In this document: in pieces, positions 36,344 through 47,724 of the stretch | How the letters are laid out: each line of letters starts with the position of its first letter | How positions within the stretch are numbered: the stretch's first letter is position 1 | NCBI GenBank assembly: GCA_002269645.1 | Contig: NIVC01003197.1 | Span: 1 to 64,000 of the forward strand | Origin: Macrostomum lignano | Lineage: Eukaryota | DNA length: 64,000 nucleotides | Direction: 5' to 3' | Translations under genes and position numbers: made by a program | The notes under the pieces: model-generated | Told to the model about the DNA's origin: nothing | Database searches by the model: none | What the model saw: only the letters and a program-made list of their open reading frames with translations

Positions 36344-39300
36344 TCAAGCGGAGCCACCAAGTCGAGCGGCCTGCAGCTCAGCCGCCCTCGCCAGCAGGCC
36401 CGGAAATCGATCGCGCATCGACCGGTAAGCCGGCGCCGCTTTTGGCCTGGGTTCGAACGTCCTGGACTCGACTCCGGCGCCGCTGTCGGGCGGCAGAGAG
36501 GCGAGAAAATCGGCGCTTGGGCCGGCGAGAGCGCTGGCGCCAAGTAGAGCGGCGCCGAGGACAGCCGAGTTGCCCAGGCCGGGCTGGACAATCACCGGAG
36601 TAGCCAGGGCGTCAGCCAGCACCTGCGGAGCAGCTGGAGCTGTTGCAGCTGCCGACTCAACTACCGACTCAACTACTCATTCAGCCGCAGCATCTACTTT
36701 GAATTCATCTACCGAATATACTACCTATCTAGCTACCAGATTAACTACCGATCTAGCTACCACATCAACTACCGATTTATCTACCAGATCAACTACCGAT
36801 CTAGCTACCACATCAACTACCGATTTATCTACCAGATCAACTACCGATCTAGCTACCACATCAACTACCGATTTATCTACCAGATCAACTACCGATCTAG
36901 CTACCTCTATTTAACAACTGATACATCAGCAGCAACAGTGTATATTAACTAAATCAGCTTAGCTACTAAGCGCCGTCCCAAAGCCTGACCAACAGCAGCT
37001 CACCTGAGCCACCCGCGGATTGGCCGAGGCTCCCCCAGTGGCCAGCACCCTGGCGCCCGGCTCCCCGGGCCGGAAGCCGAGGCTCTCAGCAAACAGCCGC
37101 AGCGACATGGCGTGGCTCTCCAGACAGGCTCGAGCCTCGGCGGCCGGACCTTCGACAAAGTCAGCGCCGTCTGGCAGCGGCTCTCCGTCGGCGCCGAACC
37201 GGTAGCGACCCAGCGCGCCCTCCGGCACAATCTCCGGCGAGTCGAAGTACAGCCCGACGAGCCCGCCATTGCCGGGAGGCCGCGAGTCCAGCAGCCGGTC
37301 AAACTCGGCCCAGGAGCCGCCAGCGAACCGGTCCCTGATGGCCTCGCGGGTCAGCGCGCCGTTCTTAAGGCTGGTTGGGTTGGGGATTCGGCACTGAGCA
37401 AGGTCCTGGGCTCGAGCTCCAGTCAGCTGCTCACTAAGCCAGAGGACTCACACTGCAGCCAGCTGCTCAGCTAGCGGACTCACACTGCAGCCAGCTGCTC
37501 AGCTAGCGGACTCACACTGCAGTCAGCTGCTCAGCTAGCGGACTCACACTGCATGCAGCCAGTTGCTCAACTAGCGGACTCACACTGCAGCCAGCTGCTC
37601 AGCTAGCGGACTCACACTGCATGCAGCCAGCTGCTCAGCTAGCGGACTCACACTGCAGCCAGTTGCTCAGCTAGCGGACTCACACTGCAGCCAGCTGCTC
37701 AGCTAGCGGACTCACACTGCAGCCAGCTGCTCAGCTAGCGGACTCACACTGCAGCCAGTTGCTCAGCTAGCGGACTCACACAACAATAGGCATGCAGGAC
37801 TCGGTGTCCACAGCGCAGGCCATGACCACGCAGCCCAGGCTTGGCAGGGCGGCCCCGGCGGGCAGGCAGCGGCAGGTTGACCTCAGCAGGGCGCAGCTGG
37901 AGCTGCCCAGAGTGACGGCGAGGCAGCCCGGCTGCAGCCGCAGTCCGGCCAGCGTGGCCGGGTTGTCGCCGGTGAAGGCGGCCACGCGGCAGTCGGGCGA
38001 GAATCCCCACCGAGCAGAGAGGTAGGCCGACACCCGGCCGAGGATCGTGCGGCCAGGGACGATCGGGCCGAGGAGGCTCTGCGGGCGGGGAGATGAGGGA
38101 CTGAGGCTGGAGCCAGCTTATGTACAAGGTGGGGCAGGGGTCACTTGGAATCAGTCAGGCTCGGGAGTAGACTGTGAGGTCACTAGGGAGTAGACTGTGG
38201 GGTCACTAGGGAGTAGACTGTGGGGTCACTAGGGAGTAGACTGTGGGGTCACTAGGGAGTAGACTGTGGGGTCACTAGGGAGTAGACTGTGAGGTCACTA
38301 GGGAGTAGACTGTGGGGTCACTAGGGAGTAGACTGTGAGGTCACTAGGGAGTAGACTGTGGGGTCACTAGGGAGTAGACTGTGGGGTCACTAGGGAGTAG
38401 ACTGTGGGGTCACTAGGGAGTAGACTGTGGGTCACTAGGGAGTAGACTGTGGGGTCACTAGGAAGTAGACTGTGGGTCACTAGGGAGTAGACTGTGGGGT
38501 CACTAGGGAGTAGACTGTGGGGTCACTAGGGAGTAGACTGTGGGTCACTAGGGAGTAGACTGTGGGGTCACTAGGGAGTAGACTGTGGGGTCACTAGGGA
38601 GTAGACTGTGGGGTCACTAGGGAGTAGACTGTGGGTCACTAGGGAGTAGACTGTGGGGTCACTAGGAAGTAGACTGTGGGTCACTAGGGAGTAGACTGTG
38701 GGGTCACTAGGGAGTAGACTGTGGGGTCACTAGGAAGTAGACTGTGGGTCACTAGGGAGTAGACTGTGGGGTCACTAGGGAGCAGACTGTGGGTCACTAG
38801 GGAGTAGACTGTGGGGTCACTAGGGAGTAGACTGTGGGGTCACTAGGGAGTAGACTGTGGGTCACTAGGGAGTAGACTGTGGGGTCACTAGGGAGTAGAC
38901 TGTGGGTCACTAGGGAGTAGACTGCAGAGTATATTACGATTCAGTAGAGTAATTTTTTAAGTGGCGACAGATGAGAAGCGGACAAGCAGGACTCAATGCT
39001 CAACGGTCTGCACCTCCAGTCCGGGCTGCACGAACTCGCACAGACGGGGCACCCAGGCTCTCTCGGCCAGCGACATCAGATTCATGCCGGACCCGTCGGC
39101 CTCGTCGATGCTGGCGTAGTCGCCGAGGAATAGCGAGGCAGCAAAACTGCTGACCAGGGAGACTCGCTCGGTGTCGGCCAGAGTGCCGGCGAGGCGCTGC
39201 TTCATCAACTGGGCCGCCGTGTAGCGGTGGAAGGCGCGGGCGCCGGTCAGGGCGGCCAGGGCCTGCGGGGTGCGGTGCGGCGAGTAGGGAGGAATCTGCT

Positions 39301-42300
39301 GGCGGCCCAAGCTGAGGGTCTGGGAGGCTGTCTGAGGGTCTGGGAGGCTGGCTGAGGGTCTGGGAGGGGGTCTAGGAGGCTTTCTGAGGGTGTAGGAGGC
39401 TGGTTGAGGGTCTGGGAGGCTGGCTGAGGGTCTGGGAGGGGGTCTGGGAGGCTTTCTGAGGGTGTGGGAGGCTGTCTGAGGGTCTGGGAGGCTGGCTGAG
39501 GGTCTGGGAGGGGGTCTAGGAGGCTTTCTGAGGGTGTGGGAGGCTGGTTGAGGGTCTGGGAGGCTGGCTGAGGGTCTGGGAGGCTGGCTGAGGGTCTGGG
39601 AGGCTGGCTGAGGGTCTAGGAGGCTGGCTGAGGGTCTAGGAGGCTGGCTGAGGGTCTGAGAGGCTGTCTGAAGGTTTGGGAGGCTGGTTGAGGGTCTGGG
39701 AGGCTGGCTGAGGGTCTAGGAGGCTGGCTGAGGGTCTGGGAGGCTGGCTGAAGGTTTGGGAGGCTGGTTGAGGGTCTGGGAGGCTGGCTGAGGGTCTAGG
39801 AGGCTGGCTGAGGGTCTGGGAGGCTGGCTGAAGGTTTGGGAGGCTGGTTGAGGGTCTGGGAGGCTGGCTGAGGGTCCAGGAGGCTGTCTGAGGGTCTTGG
39901 AGGCTGGCTGAAGGTTTGGAAGGCTGGCAGCCAAGACTGAGGGTCTGGGAGGCTGGCGGCCCAGCAGCTAAGGATTCAATACCGCAGGTTCGCAGCAACC
40001 AAGAGTTCAATCAAGACGAACCTCCGGGCCGCCAGCAAAGGCCTCGAGCTGGGCGCACTGCTCGCCGGTGCTGGAGTCCATCCACACTGGCGAGTCGGCG
40101 GTGCTGAAGCAGGCGGCCAGCTGCTCGGCCATGGGCAGCTCCGGCTTCAGCTGGCGAAGCGTGTCGCGCGCTCTGGTGCGCCAGTAGACGCTGCCGTGCT
40201 GCTGCCCGGAGCCGCAGATGACGGCGGCCTGGCTGAATTCAACGCCGCGGGCCTTCAGCTGGGCGAGCAGGCGGTCCAGCGCCTCCACCCACATCAGCGT
40301 CGGGGAGGTGATGGTGGCACCATCTGGGTGGACGCGCACGCCGCCTTTGGTTCTGCGAGCAGTTTTTTGAGACGATTCTGACTGCTTTTAGAAGAACAGT
40401 CTAGCAACCACACAGCAACCAGGTGCGAATCCTACTCACTTGTAATGCGGAAGAGCTTCATCGAATTTTAGGAATTCTTCAAAAAAGATTTCCCCAGTAG
40501 TCAGGCCAACTCCAATGGCTTTTACCTGTTAGTTTTTGAAATATGCTTTGAAGACATTTCTGATTGGGAAGATTCAAATACTTAAAGCTATGTCATACTA
40601 TTTTTGACACAATGGCATTAGCATTTTAAACTAAAATCTAATAAGTATCTAGTCAAGTTATAACTGGAGCATACTAATTAGGTTTTTAATTTGTCCCACT
40701 TGTATTTTGTTCCTATATTGTTTTATACACCAAAAACATTGGCATAAATTAGCATTCCAAAATGTGTCAACTTTGAAGGAAGACATTTCTAACATATATG
40801 CAACCTTCTGGCACCTAGATTGCTACTGGTCTTGTTAATTTATATTTATTATTAAAATATATTAAATGATCTTCAGTGTATGATCATTATCGTACAATAC
40901 AATATGCCTAAAAGAGCTCAGACATACTCAGACTTATTCTTATTATTGTTGGTCTATTTAAAGCTTTAGAACCTATTAAGCAAAAACCTATGATATTCTA
41001 AGTTCAACTGAATGGTATGATTTGCCATTGACAATATGCCAATGCCAATAATAGCTAGCTAACTAATACTGTAGCTTAGTTGTTAATACCTAAGACCAGA
41101 GCAAGATATACCAGCTCAATGTTAGACTCATTGACTATGATAGCAAGTCAACCTATCTAATAGAAAATCCTTAATTATCTCCTATTTATCTTTAGATTAC
41201 TATAACTTACTTATTGATTATTATCTTTGATAGGCCTATTTTAGGCCTATAGACCTAATTTCTGCTTTTTGCTAAGAAATTCTACTAATAATTTCTGCTT
41301 ATTGCTTCCCTTTCCTTCTATAAAGACCAAATCATACTTTGCTTTATTTAATTACTGAGTATAATAAAAAAATAATAGGCCTAGGTTGGGGTCCTAGATA
41401 GCTAAAAAGTCAAAGGAAATAACTTGTTTAGGAAAGGGCTTCATTTATGTATATTTATATTGATTCACCTACATGTATTTTTTATCATAGGGCCTATTAC
41501 AATTAATTTATATATATATATAAATTTTAGCCACAGCCCTAATTTTTTATATGTTTAGCAATACCTACCAACATACATGCGCAACTGCTGGCCGAGCTGG
41601 CCGATCCGGCCACCATAAATCGTGGCTGACCAGGGGTAAGTCGCAAAATTGAGTTGACCAAAAACAGAAAAACACAAGAACCAAGAAAGAAAGGCAACAG
41701 GAAAGCGAAAAAAGAGTGGTTCAAGGAAAAATGGTGAAGCAAAAGAAAAACAAGTCGCATAAGAAGCAAACTAAGTCGCAAAAAGGATCAGGTAAGTCGC
41801 AACAGGAGCAACTAAGTCGCAAAAAGGATCAGGTAAGTCGCAATAGGAGCAACTAAGTTGCAAAAAGGATCAGGTAAGTCGCAATAGGAGCAACTAAGTC
41901 GCAAAAAGGATCAGGTAAGTTGCAACAGGAGCAACTAAGTCGCAAAAAGGATCAGGTAAGTCGCAATAGGAGCAACTAAGTCGCAAAAAGGATCAGGTAA
42001 GTCGCAATAGGAGCAACTAAGTCGCAAAAAGGATCAGGTAAGTCGCAAAAGGAGCAAACTAAGTCGCAAAAAGGATCAGGTAAGTCGCATAAGAAGCAAA
42101 CTAAGTCGCATTTTTGGTCAAAACTAAGTCGCACGGCCAGCGTAATTTCAGAGGTTGCGCATATATGCCTACCAATCCTATTTATTTAGAAAAATTGATT
42201 TGTTGGTTAAATAATTATTTGTCTTTTGAGGAAAAGTATCTAGCTTTGTTTTTTTGTTCAATTGTTGGCTAGGAGCCAAAAAAGAAAGTCTTTTATTGCA

Positions 42301-44677
42301 TAAACCTTTAAAACAATTTTTAATAGCCTAAAAAAAGATTGCTTTTATTTAAAATGTCTTGGCTTTGGTATAAATAGTTAGGGCTTATTTATGATAGAAA
42401 ATATTTATATAGGCCTAATATACTTATTCATATAGAAAATATGCAAGTTTGATTGTAGGCTTTAAAAATAGAGGGGAGAGAGGCGAGAGACTAAACAACC
42501 TATGTATGTAGGCCTAGTATAGGCTTATACTTTTTATATTAGGGCCTTAATATTAAGGCCTTAAAATATAAAGTTTTATTAATATTATTTATATAATATA
42601 GGTAGGCGCCTATAGGCCTATTTATAGTTATTCATTATTTATGTAATTTATATTCTCAATTTTAGGACAAAAAAATTCTAAATAAATTCATTATATAGGT
42701 GTAGCAAAATATTTTAAGCAATTAGCAAATAGGCCAACTATTAATAGGGCCTATATTAATCTGGTTCCTGGACACTTCGTCATCTTACAACTCTGTCATC
42801 TTGATGACGAAGTGACCACGGATTTTGGACGTTTTGTCATATCAAAAAATAGTTAGTAAATCTAGATGACAAAGTGACCAAATTCTGAGGACACTTTGTC
42901 ATCCCAAGATTTTGCAAGGCTGTAAGTTGTTATTCGATTGTTATATTGTTAAAAATTGTTATATTTCAGTTTATATATATTATTCAGTTTATATTGTTTA
43001 AATTGTTAAAACATAATCAACACTTCAAAAATGAAATGATGATAAGGCCTGGCCAACAGCATAGTATATGGTTGCTGCTTAATTTTAAGCTTTTTCGTAG
43101 ACAAAAAGTAACTGAAAGTTTGATTCGAAAAAAATTCTGGAAACTTTTGGTTCACCCTAATAGGTTCAAACTTGCCAAGCTCTAATAATTATTTTTGCTT
43201 ACCTTGTTAAAGCCCTAATATTGGCATTATCACTTCTACAACCAAAGGGGAGGCAACAAAAGTATGTGGCCATGCATGTGTAGTTACGTAATGGATTTCT
43301 CTTTAAGGACTTAACCAACCCTTGAATCACAACCCCATACAGTCTGAGCTAGAGTGATGTTATGTAATGGATTTCTCCTTGCTCCACTTGCTGGCAGGGA
43401 CTTAACCAACCTTTCACAGGCATCAGTCTGCAGAGCTATAGAGCGTTTTCACCCCCTAAATATGCTAAGCCGTACCGCGTACATGTATTTATGTCTATGA
43501 GTGCAACGTGCCAATTCTCCAACCAACTAACCACAGTGGCGGATCTAAGCTGAGGGGTGCAAGTGCAGAGATGGTCAATTTACCCCTCAAGAAGTGGCCA
43601 GGCTGGCACCGGCAACTAAAGCAGCGGGCGGAGCACACCCAGCTGACTCTATATCCGCTGATGGAGTTGCTACTGGGCTAAATATTGAGCTGGCGAACTC
43701 TCCATTTGCAGCTTCCTGCTTTAGCTGCTCTCGCCTGGGTCACATCCCTTGGTTCGGCGGTCAAGTGCAAGGCCATCAGTGAGTATATATTTAATGTATG
43801 TAAGTTCTTCCTTGATTTTAAAAATCAGCTATGGAATTATTCTATTTGGACAAAATCACATTTGCATTTCATGTGTAACTTCAACATTTTACTTAGCTAC
43901 ATTTACCTAAGAAAAATTTAGCTACATTTAGCTACACTTAAAATACTAGCTAGTACTATTAATTCTGCAGTAATTTAAATGTGTAGGTCTTAATGCTATT
44001 CTCTTTGTGCTTTGTGAACTTTGTGATCTTTGTGCCTACATGTATAGCTACAAATTATGTTACTATATTACTCTTTGTGGGTCATAACTCCGCCATTGTC
44101 TGGTCTTAAGCCCAGAATGTGAAAGGAGGAGGGTGACTATATCTATATGTAGATCGATACATATACATGTATAATGTCTTATCTTAATCTTTATACATGT
44201 AGTTGCATGTACGAGTATACGTATGTTACATATATAGCAAAGTTTTTCATACAAAAAGTGGATGACGAAGTGTCCCGGGAGTAGATGACAAAGTGTCCAG
44301 GGAATAGATGACAAAGTGTCCACATTAGTAATGTGGATGACGAAGTGGTAAGATGATGAAGTGTCCAAAAATATGAGTGGATGATGAAGTGGTAAGATGA
44401 CGAAGTGTCCAGGAACCTATTAATCTATGCTTTGAATAGGGCCTAGGCTCTAGTCTAAGCCTGACATATTCTCAGGCTTAAACATATTTCATCACAATTA
44501 GGTAGCCAATGGGTTTGAATATTGTATTTGTTGATAAGTACCCTAGCTAACAATAACATCACCAATAAAACTGTCAAAACAAAACTGTCAAAAGGATCAG
44601 CAAAAAATATAAATCATTCAAAATATCCTGACCTGCTGAGTCGAAAAGTCCCAGCCTAAAGCAAATCTTTCATTCAT
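36344..44677 (-). CDS. XYLB: Xylulose kinase (FGGY family); exons 44677-44633, 40525-40440, 40352-40022, 39262-39014, 38078-37780, 37370-37004, 36622-36344 (~551 aa)
   Basis: All junctions are GT-AG and in phase, total 1656 nt. Motifs LGWDFSTQQVK, FDEALPHY, SPTLMWVEALD, GSGQQHGSVYW, PVWMDSST, LTGARAFHRYT, ERVSLVSSFAASLFLG, DGSGMNL, FTGDNPATLAG, KNGALTRE, LATGGASAN, QVLAD, matching eukaryotic XYLB. The exon 4 donor (GAG|GTGCAG) is weak but gives colinear alignment. Confidence 0.95.
36715..36912. repeat. 24 bp (48 bp dimer) minisatellite in XYLB intron 6
   Basis: Alternating ACTACCGATCTAGCTACCACATCA / ACTACCGATTTATCTACCAGATCA. Confidence 0.9.
37445..37780. repeat. 32 bp minisatellite starting at the XYLB intron 5 donor, 11 copies of GTGAGT
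   Basis: Plus-strand ACTCAC at 37446, 37478, 37510, 37542, 37578, 37610, 37646, 37678, 37710, 37742, 37774 (authentic donor). Confidence 0.95.
38162..38925. repeat. 23 bp minisatellite in XYLB intron 4
   Basis: GGGAGTAGACTGTGGGGTCACTA, ~33 copies, some 22 bp. Confidence 0.96.
39309..39952. repeat. 20 bp minisatellite in XYLB intron 3
   Basis: GGCTGAGGGTCTGGGAGGCT, ~32 copies, strongly G-skewed on +. Confidence 0.96.
41572..42167. mobile_element. MITE with CAT...ATG termini and 8 bp TSD (P-like or hAT-like) containing a 41 bp internal tandem array
   Basis: Termini CATACATGCGCAAC / GTTGCGCATATATG. TSD CCTACCAA at 41564-41571 and 42168-42175. Internal AAGTCGCAAAAAGGATCAGGT-AAGTCGCAATAGGAGCAACT repeats at 41770-42132. 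Confidence 0.75.
42763..44417. mobile_element. Non-autonomous Mutator-like (MULE) element in XYLB intron 1
   Basis: Perfect TIR of at least 24 bp, GGTTCCTGGACACTTCGTCATCTT. 9 bp TSD TATTAATCT at 42754-42762 and 44418-44426. Subterminal GATGAC(G/A)AAGTG repeats at both ends. Confidence 0.85.
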
Positions 44678-45003
44678 TCAATCTGCCTAAAAGCACAAGC
44701 TTGCTTACTAACAACTTCGAATTTCGAATTTCGAATAAATCAGTCACTGAGTCAGTCAGTTTCTGTAAAAAGATTGGTATTACAAGACAGACTTTTAAGC
44801 TTTATTACTTCATTCTTAAATTCAATTTTTTAACCAGCACTAGGCCTATAGACAGACAGAAAGTAGTGACAGTGAAGTACTTACTGGGCGTGGGAACAAA
44901 GTAGACTGCAAACCACACACCACGTAACACCAACACACAGCGTCACAACAACATCAACACAACACGTGATCGTGAAACTTTGCATTTCAAACCTTTCTTA
45001 GAA

Positions 45004-45420
45004 AGAGATTTAGTATATGGACTAGCTAAAATTAGAGCTGGCTGCCAGCAGCCAGAATAATTTTTTATTGCCCCCCTTTAAGTGGGGCCGAGTGAGTTTT
45101 CTTATCAGTTGGCTCTGGCGCAATCAATTAAAATTGACTGTGAAGTTTCTCGCTGATAAAATTTGCATTGAAAAAGGCCATTTAAAACAGTTTTTCGAAT
45201 ATTTAATCCCTTAAGCATTGAAGCAGATACAAGAAATTTTAACCATACAATCCCAGGCTGATTACAAATCTTTTGGCGAAAACGCGATCAAAATCGGTGA
45301 AGAATTGCAATCTCTAGAGCGTTATGGACAAGCATACAAACAAACCTTAGAGATTTAGTATATTTAGATGGACAAGCAAGCAAGCATACAAATATTAGAG
45401 ATTTAGTATATTTAGAAGGC
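45004..45420. mobile_element. Helentron-associated HINE/Lep1-like short element
   Basis: ACTAGCT start, hairpin CTGGCTG-CCAG-CAGCCAG, ACAAACAAAC/GCAAGCAAGC microsatellite, repeated AGAGATTTAGTATAT ends (~45004, 45349, 45397). Classification is by resemblance. Confidence 0.4.
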
Positions 45421-45766
45421 AATTTTTAGTTAACGAAAAAGGCCTGGCTAGCTAGTGGTTTTGACAGACAGCTGTAGTCAAAAGGTTACAAGACTCATAA
45501 TTTCCATCCAGCCCCAAAATCTACAGTTTTTCACAATTTGTACAGACGAAAACAGTAGCACAACCTTTTTATTAATACTTAATGTGTTACCTCAGCACAT
45601 TTAAACAAAGCTCAGGGGGTGGTGATTCAATATATACAGTTGCACACTTGCCCCAGCCGCTAACTACATGTAGTCTTCGGCGATTTGCTGTGTGGGTGCA
45701 TTACGAAGGCGATGACACGACAAACAGAACGTCCCGTGGTCTTTTCGTATTGCCCTTGTTTTGCAT

Positions 45767-47724
45767 CAGGGACTACTCAATTCTCGGGACGGGAAACGGC
45801 CAAATCATGCAGAAAAAAGATGGAGGCCGATTTTCTCTGTTCTCTGCTGATCTTATGTTTTATCGCAAGATCTTCAGCTTTTCACTATGTACACAAAATT
45901 TATCCCTCTTCAACTTCCTGTAGCCTGTTTCTACTCAAATAATTTCGGATAAATGCTAGGAGACATTTTATACAGTACCCCTTTAATACACAAACTCGAT
46001 GCTTGATAAGCCAAGTGCATCTGTTGTAGAAGTCTATGGGAAACATTGAAGCAAGAAGTGAAAGCTTGTATTATGTGATGGCCTATAAGGTAAGGACTGA
46101 TACCATTTTAGCATTAGCGAGAAAACCAAAAGTCCGTCGCGTTTTGTCTGCCGAAAGAAATTTTAAACCGGACGAGTTGGAAGAATTTCGTAAAATCGAC
46201 AGTTTGCCAGGCTGGAGCGAGCTCGTTTCTGCACTCAAATCATCAGATATCGTTGCTCAACATTCGCTGTTTGTATCGTTATGCAATGAAGAAGTTTATT
46301 TGTTTGGTTTGGATTCGAGCGGAGAACTAAAGATCAAGATTTTTATTTCGTCCAACTTTGCAACTCGTGCTTTTCACTATCATTCGCCGGTTCCGCTGAG
46401 AGATCTGCTAGGATTCCAGCCTACATTGAAGTATTTTTCACAACTCGATGCCATTATCGTTCGATGCATGAATTTTCAACTGTCTGTTCAGCATGAGTTG
46501 AAAGCGATGTCGTCGTCATTTCTTCAAGTGTTGGAATTAGAAAATACTGTCATCACGAATCCATCGATACAGTTTTTAATTTCACAACTACAGCTAATTT
46601 CTACAAGTCCAGTGAGTCGTCGGTACGACATTGCCACACTAAGGCAGTCGGCTCTTATCTATTTAATCAGCAGTTCGGCTTACTCTCAACTTCGCACTCT
46701 GTTGCCACTGCCACATCAAAGAACTCTCCGTATAAATTTGGCCGGTCTTGGAGAGATTGGAACTGCAGCCGATTCTGATGAAACTATTCGAACAGTTTTT
46801 TCTGCACTTCGCGGCACCCAGCTGAACTGCGTTTTACTATTTGACGAGATGTACGTGCAGCCATCTGTCAGATTTAGATGTAAACATCTGTTTGGACAAG
46901 CGGAGGACGACTCGGCGAAAATTGCTCGGACAATTCTGGCGATAATGTTGAAGCCGCTAATGGGTGGAAAACCATTCATATTGCGCCTTATACAAATTTT
47001 TCTACTCACAGCCGAATTTCTCAAACAGCAACAGCAAAGGAAGGAATTCCCGCTGACGCAGAAGCAGCACGAAATGAACCATGCGAATTTACGGAGCTTG
47101 TTTCCCGTGGAAAGCTAGCGCATCCACCAGAATGGCTTTTCCAATTCTCGCGCCTTTGTTATGCTAGCTTCACATCATATTCACCAAGCTGTGCAACCCG
47201 TGTGCAACAGATATTCAATGCTATCGCCGAATATTTCTTTCCAGACAAGGACATTCATACAACTTCGGTGACTCGTCGCCTATCAAACTGCTTTTTCAAA
47301 GGACTTGTGCGAAACTGCAAAACTGCAGAACAAACACCAGACGCAAGTGATCGTAAAATCACAAAGCTACGCAGTTCATCTCGTTTATAAGCGCGATTGA
47401 TACCGACTTACCATCACATAATACAAGCTTTCACTTCTTGCTTCAATGTTTCCCATAGACTTCTACAACAGATGCACTTGGCTTATCAAGCATCGAGTTT
47501 GTGTATTAAAGGGGTACTGTATAAAATGTCTCCTAGCATTTATCCGAAATTATTTGAGTAGAAACAGGCTACAGGAAGTTGAAGAGGGATAAATTTGTGT
47601 ACATAGTGAAAAGCTGATGCTCTTGCGATAAAACATAAGATCAGCAGAGAACAGAGAAAATCGGCCTCCATCTTTTTTCTGCATGATTTGGCCGTTTCCC
47701 GTCCCGAGAATTGAGTAGTCCCTG
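45767..47724 (+). mobile_element. P-superfamily (Galileo-like, long TIR) DNA transposon, internally deleted
   Basis: ~315 bp TIRs (45767-46081, 47411-47724) beginning CAGGGACTACTC. 8 bp TSD TTTTGCAT at 45759-45766 and 47725-47732. Contains a transposase ORF. Confidence 0.9.
46036..47118 (+). pseudogene. Truncated P-element/THAP9-type transposase ORF (360 aa)
   Basis: LIYLISSSAYSQLRTLLPLPHQRTL and CVLLFDEMYVQP...ILAIMLKPL match the P transposase core. No THAP zinc finger is visible, the ATG lies within the TIR, and the ORF ends before the later catalytic residues. Confidence 0.8.

Noticed and set aside
19420-40381. Many antisense or alternative-frame ORFs overlapping TMEM62, METTL16 and XYLB exons
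   Set aside because: Expected by-product of GC-rich coding DNA, with no recognisable motifs.
36344-44677. Bacterial or horizontally acquired xylulokinase
   Set aside because: Six spliceosomal introns and motifs typical of eukaryotic XYLB.
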